From Betaproteobacteria bacterium (GTDB taxonomy: Bacteria > Pseudomonadota > Gammaproteobacteria > Burkholderiales > SG8-41): a DNA stretch of 64,000 nt. The notes below the pieces were generated by a model that saw only the letters and a list, made by a program, of their open reading frames with translations, was not told the DNA's origin and made no database searches. The stretch is taken from contig CANJQI010000003.1 in assembly GCA_947476215.1 (NCBI GenBank), forward strand, positions 5,980-69,979, read 5' to 3'. Shown piece after piece: positions 19,623 to 28,471 of this stretch; position 1 is the first letter of the stretch, and each line of letters starts with the position of its first letter. The position numbers were made by a program, and so were the translations under genes.

Positions 19623-20513
19623 CTACGAGACTCCAGGGTCGGTCCGCGCAGGAAGATGCATCAATCGCTCCCCGACCCGAATCCGCGCGCCGTCGCGAAT
19701 TCCCTCGCACAGCGCAAACCCGCGCGGTGCGAATACGATGATGGTCGAGCCGTGCTCAAACCTGCCCATCTCCTCGCCCTTCCGGAACCCGGCATTGCAG
19801 CGGATAACGTTGGGGCCGCGATAACGCAAGTTCAGCGGTGCGCCCAGAAAATTGAACTTCATGCTGGCGACCAGCACGGCCGCGACGGGCACCAGCACCA
19901 GCGGCACGCCATCGGGTTCAAGTCGGGTCAATAAGGCAGCGCGCTCGTTCTTGCAGAACAGTTTCTCGACACGCCTGAGCGCGATCGGATTGACGTTCCA
20001 GGTGTCGCCGGAAAAATAGGTCACGCGTTCGACCCGGCAATCATGCGGCGCGTGGAATCGGTGATACATGCTTGAGGTAATGCGTAGTGTCGCGTAGCAG
20101 CCTTCGCGCAGCAGTTCTATCGTCGCGGTGTCGCCCAGCAAGTCTTCCAGCGTATACGGAAAACCCTTGGCCTGAATCACGCGCGTGCCTTCTACCGGTC
20201 CGCAGGCGCCGACTATGGCGTCGCACGGGCTCGCAAGCACATCGGGGCCGGCATCGATAGGCCGCGCGCCGGCCTTCAGTTCGCGGATAAAGCAGTCGTG
20301 CAGGCTCGCAAAGCGCGATTTTTTTGCCTCATCGAGATCAAGGTCAGCAATCCGTCGCCACAGTCCGATGGACAGATCGCGCACCAGCGGTTGTTCGATG
20401 CGGCTGAACCAGCCCATGAATCTCGTCAGCGCCTGACGCGGGATACGGTTGGTAAGGAGAAAATTGACGTCCTCCTGCTGGAAGAATTGTGCCATTCGGG
20501 CGCGGACATTCAT
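19623..20513 (-). CDS. psd: Phosphatidylserine decarboxylase proenzyme (E. coli-type)
   Basis: 296-aa ORF, co-linear by eye with E. coli Psd (FNEFF-like DCFIREL, ...YHRFHAP..., self-cleavage site FEHGST). Confidence 0.8.
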   Translation of the reverse strand: MNVRARMAQFFQQEDVNFLLTNRIPRQALTRFMGWFSRIEQPLVRDLSIGLWRRIADLDLDEAKKSRFASLHDCFIRELKAGARPIDAGPDVLASPCDAIVGACGPVEGTRVIQAKGFPYTLEDLLGDTATIELLREGCYATLRITSSMYHRFHAPHDCRVERVTYFSGDTWNVNPIALRRVEKLFCKNERAALLTRLEPDGVPLVLVPVAAVLVASMKFNFLGAPLNLRYRGPNVIRCNAGFRKGEEMGRFEHGSTIIVFAPRGFALCEGIRDGARIRVGERLMHLPARTDPGVS

Positions 20514-20566
20514 ATGATTGCAAACTTTCTCAGGTAAAAGTCTCCGGAGATGACTGGAGGTTGACT

Positions 20567-22228
20567 ATGGATGAAGCCCTGATCGTGTATGCCGTGGGCG
20601 CGATGGCCACGTTGCTGGCGCTGCCGCGACTTAAAACGCGGCTCGAACTTTCGCAAGCCAAACACCGATCGCTTGCCGGACACTCGCGCATGGCGCGCCG
20701 CCTTGCAGCATTGGTACCGTTCTATGAATACAACGAGTCGCGCTTTTTCGGCTGCGACGATGCCCCTGACGAGATCGTCGAACTGCGCCGTGCGGGATTC
20801 AAGCGCCTCGCCCGCTACTACCACGAGCACTACGAAAAAACGGCGGCGCTCACTGCGCAAGCGGCACAGGGTATCTCCGACCTGCAGTTCACGAGTGCTT
20901 ACCGCGTGCCGTTCCAGTTCAGCCGCTACGTGCGCGAGCATCTGAAGGGTGGATCGTTCGTAGCCTCGTCCCAGGGCGTGACGGTGACCGATCTTGACGG
21001 CAACTGCTTTTACGATCTGACCGGATCGTATGGCGTCAACGTTTTTGGCTACGACTTTTACAAATCGTGCATAGCCGAAGGCGCGGCGCGCGTGCGCGAA
21101 CTGGGCCCCGTGCTCGGCAACTACCACCCGGTGGTGGCCGACAACGTAAGGCGATTGCGCGGGATATCGGGACTTGACGAAATTTCCTTTCACATGTCGG
21201 GCACCGAGGCAGTAATGCAGGCGGTGCGTCTGGCGCGCTATCACACGCGCCGCTCGCATCTGGTGCGCTTCTGCGGCGCCTACCACGGCTGGTGGGGCGA
21301 CGTGCAACCGGGGATAGGCAACCCGGTCCCGGCGCGTGAAACCTACACGTTGAAAGATATGGATCCCGATGCGCTGCGCGTGCTGCGCACGAGACGCGAC
21401 ATCGCGTGCGTGCTGGTCAATCCACTGCAGGCGCTGCATCCCAATGCCAACGCGCCCGGCGACTCGTCGCTCGTGGACAGTACCCGGCGTGCGCACTTCG
21501 AGCGCGAACGTTATACCGAATGGCTGAAGCAACTGCGGGCGATCTGCACCGAGCGCGGCATCGTGCTCATATTCGACGAGGTGTTTGTCGGCTTTCGCCT
21601 TGCAGCGGGTGGCGCGCAGGAATATTTCGGCGTGCGCGCCGACATGGTCACTTATGGCAAGACTCTGGGCGGTGGACTTCCGGTTGGAGTGGTGTGCGGC
21701 AAGGCGCAACTGATGAAGCGATTTCGTGAAGATCGTCCCGCCGACATCTGCTTTGCGCGCGGCACCTTCAACTCCCACCCTTACGTAATGGGCGCAATGC
21801 AGGTTTTTCTCGAACGGCTGGAAACCCCCGGGGTGCGCGCGCTCTACAGCCATCTTGATTCCCACTGGAACGGTCGAGCGCAACAGATCAATGTGCGTTT
21901 GCGCGAAGCCGGCGTGCCGGTCCAGGTCGCCAACCTGTCGTCCATCTGGAGCGTGTGCTATACGCGGCCATCGAGATACAACTGGATGCTCCAATACTAT
22001 CTGCGCGCCCACGGTCTGGCACTGAGCTGGGTCGGAACCGGGCGCCTGATATTCAGCCTGAACTATACAGATGCGGATTTTGAAGCAGTATGCGAGCGCT
22101 TTGTGGTGGCTGCGCAGGCCATGCAAGACGACGGCTGGTGGTGGTCGCATCCCGGACTGACCAACAAGTCGATCAAACGCGGCATACTGCGCGAAATGAT
22201 TGCGCGGCGCCTGGGACGGCGTATTTAG
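20567..22228 (+). CDS. Class-III (GSA-aminomutase-like) PLP aminotransferase with a ~140-aa N-terminal extension containing one TM helix
   Basis: Start at the ATG after GGAGG (20567). N-terminus LIVYAVGAMATLLALP is hydrophobic. Core DLDGNCFYDLTGSYGVNVFGY...FHMSGTEAVM...FDEVF.GFR...TYGKTLGGGLPVG holds the PLP lysine context. It is divergent from psd with only 53 bp between the starts. Confidence 0.8.
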   Translation: MDEALIVYAVGAMATLLALPRLKTRLELSQAKHRSLAGHSRMARRLAALVPFYEYNESRFFGCDDAPDEIVELRRAGFKRLARYYHEHYEKTAALTAQAAQGISDLQFTSAYRVPFQFSRYVREHLKGGSFVASSQGVTVTDLDGNCFYDLTGSYGVNVFGYDFYKSCIAEGAARVRELGPVLGNYHPVVADNVRRLRGISGLDEISFHMSGTEAVMQAVRLARYHTRRSHLVRFCGAYHGWWGDVQPGIGNPVPARETYTLKDMDPDALRVLRTRRDIACVLVNPLQALHPNANAPGDSSLVDSTRRAHFERERYTEWLKQLRAICTERGIVLIFDEVFVGFRLAAGGAQEYFGVRADMVTYGKTLGGGLPVGVVCGKAQLMKRFREDRPADICFARGTFNSHPYVMGAMQVFLERLETPGVRALYSHLDSHWNGRAQQINVRLREAGVPVQVANLSSIWSVCYTRPSRYNWMLQYYLRAHGLALSWVGTGRLIFSLNYTDADFEAVCERFVVAAQAMQDDGWWWSHPGLTNKSIKRGILREMIARRLGRRI

Positions 22229-22267
22229 CTGGGCAATCCCGCGCATGCACGGGCATGTGCTGTGAAA

Positions 22268-22873
22268 TTATGCGTGCCGCCTGTCCAGCGCAGGATCCAT
22301 CAGTTCGCCGCGTAACAGGTAATAAGGCGACTTGTAGTACAACTTCACATCGTGAAACGGATCGGTCAGTATCTTGGTCAGCCATACTAGTCCGGTGCGC
22401 GTGTCTTTCAGGTAGAACAGATGGAAGGTGCGGAACAAGAGACCGCCAATACCGATCGTCAGCCAGACTATGCCCATTTTTTGCACAAAGGTTACTCCGT
22501 CGTTGGGCACAAAAATGCCGAACAGCGTCGGGGCCAGATAAAGCACTACCGGAGAGAGCCCCCAGATGCTCAGCAGCACGATCTTGCGTTTGAGGTTATA
22601 GCCGACCTTGATCGCCTCCTTGTGTTCGTGCGTGGCATTGTTGACTTCATCGTAGCCCTTGGGTTCGAAGAAGAAGTGTCCGACCTGGCGGCTGACCATG
22701 GCTGCCAGCCAGCCGATCAGCGCGGCGGCGACGGGATTGCTGAAGATGAGTACATATGCGGTCAGAAAACTCAGGGCGCTTACGAGATGCAGCGTCTGGT
22801 TAATACGGCTGTGATGATAGTAGCGATGATCGTCCCAACGCTGAATCCTGAGCGCTTCCAGAAAACCCTTCAT
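22268..22873 (-). CDS. Mpo1-like / DUF962 family membrane protein
   Basis: Only the last 201 codons of the 667-aa track ORF are credible: the perfect SD AAAGGAG lies 6 nt before ATG 22873. Motifs YYHHSRINQTLHLVS and SRQVGHFFFEPKG match the YHxxxxNxxxH and QFxGHxxFEKRxP signatures of yeast Mpo1/DUF962. 4-5 TM helices. Confidence 0.65.
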   Translation of the reverse strand: MKGFLEALRIQRWDDHRYYHHSRINQTLHLVSALSFLTAYVLIFSNPVAAALIGWLAAMVSRQVGHFFFEPKGYDEVNNATHEHKEAIKVGYNLKRKIVLLSIWGLSPVVLYLAPTLFGIFVPNDGVTFVQKMGIVWLTIGIGGLLFRTFHLFYLKDTRTGLVWLTKILTDPFHDVKLYYKSPYYLLRGELMDPALDRRHA

Positions 22874-23023
22874 TACGTCTCCTTTACGGAAAATCGAAAA
22901 ATGTACTAGGCGCGTAATAGTGCCTGGTAATTGCTGCGTTTTGTTTACGAAGGCTTTACAGGTGCGTGACAATTGCCATGGCGCTGTCATCAAAGTTTCT
23001 TGAAAGTCTGACATGCTTGCCGT

Positions 23024-24277
23024 ATGGAAAAAGCAGTCGCCACGGACTTCGGCAACAGAGCCGGCCCAGCTCATCTCGGCAAAAAAGCGCTGCGCATTGC
23101 CTACGTGACGGAGACCTACCCCCCGGAAGTGAACGGCGTCGCGAACACCGCCGTGCGGTTTGTGGAGGGGTTGCGAGCGCGCGGTCACGCGATACAGCTC
23201 GTTCGTCCGCGACAGGACCGCGGCGACCATGCGCATAACACCACGGGTTATCGCGAAATATTGATGCCCGGAATGCCGATTCCGCGCTACCCCGACCTCA
23301 GGATGGGACTGCCGTCGACGGGAGAACTGCAGCGTCTGTGGAACACGGAGCGGCCGCACCTGGTGCACATCGTCACCGAAGGGCCGCTTGGATGGTCGGC
23401 GCTTCGCGCGGCGCTCAAACTCAAATTGCCTGTGAGTTCTGATTTCCGCACCAACTTTCATGCCTATAGCCGGCACTACGGCATAGGCTGGCTGCAAAAA
23501 CCCATTGCTGCCTACCTGCGCGGTTTTCACAATCGCACCGGATTGACACTGGTGCCAACCGAAGCCATGCGCGCAGATCTGACCCGACGTGGATTTCGCA
23601 ATCTGCGCGTGGTGGCACGCGGTGTAGACACGCAGCTGTTCGATCCGACGCGACGCAGTTTGACGCTGCGCGCGCACTGGGGCGCTGGACCCGACGACCC
23701 GGTCGTGCTGCACGTGGGCCGTCTCGCGCCAGAAAAAAATCTGGAGCCGGTTATCACCGCTTTCGAACAGGCCCGAACGGTTCATTCCCGGGCGAAGCTG
23801 GTTTTCGTCGGCGATGGCCCGGCGCGTGACAGCCTGCGCGCGCGCTGCCCAGATGCTGTTTTCGCGGGCACGCGCATCGGCGTGGATCTCGCTGAACATT
23901 ACGCGTCGGGAGATGTATTTCTGTTTTCCAGCCTGACCGAGACTTTCGGCAACGTCACGGTGGAGGCCTTGGCCAGTGGACTCGCGGTCGTCGCATACGA
24001 CTATGCGGCAGCACGCGAGCATATTGTTCATGGTCACAATGGGATGCTGGCGCGATACGACGACAGCGCCGAGTTTGCGCGTCATGCCATATCGCTGTTG
24101 CAAAACCCCGCGCGCCGCCGCGAGATAGGTCAGCGCGCCCATTTGGGCGCAGAAACGCTCGCATGGACGAACGTTGTCGAGGAGTTTGAAACTATGCTGC
24201 AGGCGGTGGCGGAATCTCCGCCGGCGCCCGCTGGCCTCTCGATAGCCGGGCTTTTTCCTGGCGCCGCACAATCCTGA
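23024..24277 (+). CDS. GT4-family (GT-B) glycosyltransferase
   Basis: LRIAYVTETYPPEVNGVANT N-terminus and C-terminal ...GDVFLFSSLTETFGNVTVEALASGLAVVA (E-X7-E region) are typical of GT4 lipid/sugar glycosyltransferases. Confidence 0.85.
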   Translation: MEKAVATDFGNRAGPAHLGKKALRIAYVTETYPPEVNGVANTAVRFVEGLRARGHAIQLVRPRQDRGDHAHNTTGYREILMPGMPIPRYPDLRMGLPSTGELQRLWNTERPHLVHIVTEGPLGWSALRAALKLKLPVSSDFRTNFHAYSRHYGIGWLQKPIAAYLRGFHNRTGLTLVPTEAMRADLTRRGFRNLRVVARGVDTQLFDPTRRSLTLRAHWGAGPDDPVVLHVGRLAPEKNLEPVITAFEQARTVHSRAKLVFVGDGPARDSLRARCPDAVFAGTRIGVDLAEHYASGDVFLFSSLTETFGNVTVEALASGLAVVAYDYAAAREHIVHGHNGMLARYDDSAEFARHAISLLQNPARRREIGQRAHLGAETLAWTNVVEEFETMLQAVAESPPAPAGLSIAGLFPGAAQS

Positions 24278-24382
24278 ATCGTTCTCGGGACGGCACTACA
24301 GCCGCTGATAGTTGCCGACTTGCTTCTGACAATCTTGAAACGGTGGTTCGCTGCAAAAAAATTGACAATGCTTTGATTTATA

Positions 24383-25588
24383 TTAGTTTTCAGGCAGGAA
24401 TCGCGAATTCGCCTTACCTCGGAATGCCTCGCCGTGAGCGGCTATGACTCGCGAGTAGATATCCGCCAGACGCCGCGCCTGCTGCGTCGCGTCCCATTCC
24501 GCTGCATACTGCATGCCTTCGATGGACAGCCTGCGTCTTTCCGACGGCGAATCGAGCAGATCGCATACTGCGTCCGCATATGTAGATTCCGAAAGCGGCG
24601 CAACGACGGCCCCCTTCCCTGCATCGAGGATGTCTATGGTGCCCATCTCGGCGATTGCGACGACCGGTACGCCGAGCGCCATTGCTTCAAGCAACACCAG
24701 ACCCTGCGTTTCGGTGCGCGAGGCGAACACAAAAACGTCGCCGGCGCGGAAACAATCAAGCAAAGTGGTGGCGCGATCCAGATAACCAACGAACCGCACG
24801 TTTGCGTCGAGTTGCAGGCGGCGCACCAGACTTTGCAGATGCGGCAGCGCCGGGCCTTCACCGGCAATCAGCAATAGCACATCGGGATGGCGGGAGCGAA
24901 CCTGGACCAGCATACGCAGCAGAAAATCGATATTCTTCTCAAACGCGACTCGTCCTACGTGTACCAGCATGGGCCTGTCCGCGGCAATTCCATGGGTGCG
25001 CCGAAACGCCGCACCGTCCCCCCCCGCGAGTTCCTTGAGCCGAATACCGGTGGGCAGTACGGTCATGGGAGAACGCACGCCGTAAGCGGTCAACGCTGCC
25101 AGCATGGCGCGTGACGGCACAACAAGCGCGTTCACCTGATTACCCTGGCGACGCGAAAATTCCCTGGCGAAACATCGCATCAGCGCGCGCGGCGCAAACG
25201 GCACATAGTGATACAGATACTCTTCAAAAAAGGTGTGATACGTGGCCACGCATGGCAACCTGAGTTCACGCGCGAGACGTAGTCCGGCATAGTGCGCCGC
25301 GAATGGCGTCTGGATGTGCACGATATCGAACTTTAGGCCGTTGAGGCGCGCCGGCAGCTCACGCAAGGCGTCACCCCGCATCAAGCGGTCTTCGGGATCA
25401 AGCGGAATGCCACGGGCACGAATGCGCAAGATACCGGCTTCATCGATACCGACCGCCTGCGGGTATTCAGGGGCAGCCACCACCACCTGATGACCGAGAT
25501 CCTGCAATTCACGGCGGAAGGTGCGTATCGAGGTGGATACCCCGTTTACGCGGGGGAAATAGACATCCGACAGGTAGAGGATCCGCAC
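24383..25588 (-). CDS. GT4-family (GT-B) glycosyltransferase
   Basis: GTG start. (M)RILYLSDVYFPRVNGVSTSI... and ...GDVFVFASRTETQGLVLLEAMALGVPVVA. The N-terminus resembles diacylglycerol glycosyltransferases. Confidence 0.85.
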   Translation of the reverse strand: MRILYLSDVYFPRVNGVSTSIRTFRRELQDLGHQVVVAAPEYPQAVGIDEAGILRIRARGIPLDPEDRLMRGDALRELPARLNGLKFDIVHIQTPFAAHYAGLRLARELRLPCVATYHTFFEEYLYHYVPFAPRALMRCFAREFSRRQGNQVNALVVPSRAMLAALTAYGVRSPMTVLPTGIRLKELAGGDGAAFRRTHGIAADRPMLVHVGRVAFEKNIDFLLRMLVQVRSRHPDVLLLIAGEGPALPHLQSLVRRLQLDANVRFVGYLDRATTLLDCFRAGDVFVFASRTETQGLVLLEAMALGVPVVAIAEMGTIDILDAGKGAVVAPLSESTYADAVCDLLDSPSERRRLSIEGMQYAAEWDATQQARRLADIYSRVIAAHGEAFRGKANSRFLPEN

Positions 25589-25711
25589 TGGGCGAGTTTC
25601 GGTTTCGTGACACCCAACCGTAACAGCGCATCGTTACAGTTTTGCGTCGGTACGGTCATTATTGTCACAAAAGTTGGCGAACAGCACCCACCATGGCAGT
25701 ATTGCAAGATC

Positions 25712-26587
25712 ATGACAGCCGACGTTTTTATCTGGTGGTTTTTCCTGTGCGCGGTGAGCGGGCTCAATATTCTGGCCTGGGCGCTCTCCGCCCAGGCGCT
25801 CGAGCGGCGCCAGGCAGCGCTGCCCGAAGCGGTTTACCGCGCACGGCGACTTCAGCTGTTCCTGTCCGCGGGATATGTCTTCGGCTGCGCGTTTCGCTCC
25901 ATCCTGCCGGTCTACGACGTGCCACGCGTATGCCTGTTCGATTCGTGGCTGTGCAGCGTCATGGTCGGGCGCTCGGTGGCCACCTTCGCCGAAGTGTGCT
26001 TTGCCGCGCAGTGGGCGCTGATGATGCGCGAAATCTCCCATGCCTCCGGGAGTTTCTTCGCCAGAATCGCCGCGCTGGCGCTGGTTCCCCTGATTATCAT
26101 TGCGGAGACTTTTTCATGGTATTCGGTGTTGACCACATCGAACCTCGGCCATGTGGTGGAGGAATCCATCTGGGGTGCGAGTGCGGCACTGGTGGTGATA
26201 AGCCTGATTGCGGTGTTGCCACGCTGCGCAGGCATGCTGCGCCGCCTGATCCTGAGCGCGTGCGCCGCCGGCACTGCCTATGTTTGTTACATGTTCCTGA
26301 TCGACGTACCCATGTACTGGTCACGGTGGGTCGCCGATGAGGCGAACCGGCGCGACTATCTGGGCATTACCCAGGGACTCGCCGATGTGTCGCAACGCTG
26401 GATTGTGTCCCACCATTGGCAGGATTGGCAGGATTGGCAGAGCGAGATTGCGTGGATGTCGCTTTATTTCAGCGTGGCAGTGTGGCTCAGCATCGCGCTC
26501 ATCTACGCACCGATACTGGAACGACGCACCGCGAGCAACCGGACATCGGTGATATTCGCCCGCGTCGCCGGGAACATGGTTCGCTGA
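25712..26587 (+). CDS. Polytopic membrane protein of unknown function (about 7-8 TM)
   Basis: Start moved to MTADVFIWWFFLCAVSG (25712), because the upstream part of the track ORF overlaps the GT gene. I recognise no family. Contains an in-frame 9-bp x3 repeat (WQDWQDWQ). Confidence 0.6.
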   Translation: MTADVFIWWFFLCAVSGLNILAWALSAQALERRQAALPEAVYRARRLQLFLSAGYVFGCAFRSILPVYDVPRVCLFDSWLCSVMVGRSVATFAEVCFAAQWALMMREISHASGSFFARIAALALVPLIIIAETFSWYSVLTTSNLGHVVEESIWGASAALVVISLIAVLPRCAGMLRRLILSACAAGTAYVCYMFLIDVPMYWSRWVADEANRRDYLGITQGLADVSQRWIVSHHWQDWQDWQSEIAWMSLYFSVAVWLSIALIYAPILERRTASNRTSVIFARVAGNMVR

Positions 26588-26753
26588 ACTGCGGCTTCGA
26601 CGCCGAAACCGGATCTCTTACCCAAGTCCAAGACTAAGCCGCATACCCCGTAACCGATGCAGAGAAAGCAGGCGTCTGCCGCGAATCCGCGACACCTGCG
26701 GCGACCCCGGCTGCGGCAACACCGGATACGTTCGTCTCACCAACGACACCGTT

Positions 26754-27773
26754 TCATTCTGCCCGGATCCCGGCGGCGCGTACCACCTTGTCCCATTTCG
26801 TAATCTCGGCGTCCAGGTGGGTCTGAAATTCGGCTGGCGCGGATCCGTAAACATCCAGCCCCTGGCCCGAGAAGCGTTCCAGAACCTGGGGACTTCGGAT
26901 GATTTTTGCGGTCGTGGTGTGCACACGTTCGACTATCACTTTGGCGGTACCTGCCGGCGCCAGCATTCCGTACCACGTCGCATATTCGAATCCTGCCAGA
27001 CCCGATTCCGCAACCGTGGCAATTTCGGGCGCGATCGCGGACCGTTTCAGACTGCTGATGGCCAGCAGCTTGATCTTTCCGGTCTTTGCATACGGCAGCA
27101 CGCTTGCCATATTGGTCAACAATACATGAACCTCACCGGACAGCAATGCGGTGGTTGCCTGACCTGCGCTCTTATAGGGCACATGCAACAGATCGATCCC
27201 GGCGGTGTACCTGAATAATTCCGCACCCAGATGCGTCGCGCTGCCGATGCCGGCCGAGCCATAGGCGAGTTTGCCGGACTGCGTTTTCGCCAGCGATATC
27301 AGATCCTTGACGGAATTCGCGGCGACGGATGCATGTACCGCCAATATGCTGGGTTGGCTGGCAATCAGCGTCACGCCAACAAAGTCGCGCCTGATATCAA
27401 AATCCAGATTCTTGTAAAGCGCCGGCGTAATCGCGATCGATGAACTGGATATCAACAATGTATAGCCGTCGGCGGCCGCCTTGGCAGCCATGGACGTGCC
27501 AACCGTACTGCCAGCGCCGGGTCGGTTATCCACCACGACCGCCTGCCCCCATTCGTCGGTGAGCGCCAGCGCAACGATGCGCCCGACGATGTCGCTGCCC
27601 CCGCCTGGCGCCAGCGGCACGATGATGCGCACTGGTTTTTCGGGGAATTTCCCTGATTGCCTTGTAACTGGGCGCGTGTTGCCCTGTGCATAAACGTGAG
27701 CGGCGCTAATTACAGCCAGTGCAATAAACAGGCCAGCCACGCACGGGCCTTTCCAGTAACGATTGGGTCGCAT
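26754..27773 (-). CDS. Bug-family (tripartite tricarboxylate transporter) periplasmic substrate-binding protein
   Basis: Start at MRPNRYWKGPCVAGLFIALAVISAAHVYA (signal peptide). Followed by FPEKPVRIIVPLAPGGGSDIVGR..., the family hallmark. Confidence 0.88.
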   Translation of the reverse strand: MRPNRYWKGPCVAGLFIALAVISAAHVYAQGNTRPVTRQSGKFPEKPVRIIVPLAPGGGSDIVGRIVALALTDEWGQAVVVDNRPGAGSTVGTSMAAKAAADGYTLLISSSSIAITPALYKNLDFDIRRDFVGVTLIASQPSILAVHASVAANSVKDLISLAKTQSGKLAYGSAGIGSATHLGAELFRYTAGIDLLHVPYKSAGQATTALLSGEVHVLLTNMASVLPYAKTGKIKLLAISSLKRSAIAPEIATVAESGLAGFEYATWYGMLAPAGTAKVIVERVHTTTAKIIRSPQVLERFSGQGLDVYGSAPAEFQTHLDAEITKWDKVVRAAGIRAE

Positions 27774-27818
27774 GCAACGCTTTCGTCGGTAACAAAAATG
27801 ACATGATGAACGACTGAT

Positions 27819-27835
27819 ATTGAAGTTTTGTGACA
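27819..27835 (-). promoter_or_regulatory. Candidate Pho box upstream of the Bug gene
   Basis: The minus strand reads TGTCACaaaacTTCAAT (half-sites 11 bp apart), then 10 nt, then CATCAT. It lies 46-62 nt upstream of ATG 27773. Confidence 0.4.
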
Positions 27836-27851
27836 ATGCCCGGGAGAGTCA

Positions 27852-28256
27852 TCAGGCGGCCGACTGCAGCACCTCATTAAGCGCGCCGCGCGGTATATCT
27901 CCGCTCATCACATCAAGTATATTGCGTGCCGCCTCAAGTTCTGCTTCCCTGCCCACGCGGTTGGTCAGGACTGTTGTCAGCCAGATGCCGCGTCGCGTGC
28001 ACGCCGTAACGTCGATGTGCTCCGGAATCGGGAACGCGCACGCTATCACCCGCAATTTTCTGCAGTACTGCAGAATCTCATCGTCGATGGACACGGGGGC
28101 TGCCACCAGCCAGGCATGCGCACAGCCGCCAGGCACGACGATTTCGTGTCGCGCATCCTTGTTAAACGACATTGTGGGCAACACGTCGCAGAGGCTGGTC
28201 AATAGATCGATGGCGCCAGGGTCGACGTTTCGTGTGATCAGTGCAATCGGTTTCAT
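27852..28256 (-). pseudogene. D-2-hydroxyacid dehydrogenase remnant lacking the whole NAD-binding domain (in-frame internal deletion)
   Basis: 134 codons from the ATG after AGGAAA. MKPIALITRNVDPGAIDLL...LRVIACAFPIPEHIDVTACTRRGIWLTT is the N-terminal catalytic subdomain. It joins directly to ...REAELEAARNILDVMSGDIPRGALN, the extreme C-terminus. No GxGxxG segment is present. Confidence 0.5.
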
Positions 28257-28387
28257 ATTGTGGTTTTTCCTCATGACTTGATATCGGTTGGCTACGAGCT
28301 TGAGTGCCACTGAAGGCGCACCAACGTAACATGCGATTGTTGCGCCATGATGGCAGACGATCCGTGCCGCGGCATGGCGCGCGGAAA

Positions 28388-28432
28388 CTGTCACCAAAAT
28401 GTCACCGAAATGTCACAAACCCCGCCTAATAT
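28388..28432 (+). promoter_or_regulatory. Pho box (three tandem half-sites) plus -10 element of phoX
   Basis: CTGTCACcaaaaTGTCACcgaaaTGTCAC, with half-sites starting at 28389, 28400 and 28411 (exact 11-bp phase). A 10-nt gap follows, then TAATAT (28427-28432). The phoX ATG is at 28472. Confidence 0.8.
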
Positions 28433-28471
28433 CGCTAATTCCTCGCCACATTCAACACAGGAGTTATCGCA

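Noticed and set aside
20510-22246. 578-aa minus-strand ORF
   Set aside because: It is antisense to the aminotransferase, which has clear PLP-enzyme motifs. The minus-strand product is low-complexity (R/A/H/G rich).
22985-23001. TGTCATcaaagTTTCTT upstream of the first GT4 gene as a Pho box
   Set aside because: The first half-site is perfect but the second is poor. The implied transcription start would be essentially at the ATG (a leaderless transcript). This is too speculative to call.
22874-24271. N-terminal 466 codons of the 667-aa minus-strand ORF
   Set aside because: This part is antisense to the GT4 glycosyltransferase and has no motifs. A perfect SD plus ATG at 22873 defines the real 201-aa Mpo1-like gene.
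25589-25711. Several GTAAC/GTTAC/TGTCAC motifs between the second GT4 gene and the membrane-protein gene as Pho boxes
   Set aside because: The half-site spacings are 9 or 13 bp. The only 11-bp pair (TGTCACgaaacCGAAAC) ends 9 nt before the GTG start, too close to serve as a promoter. It is left as unexplained.
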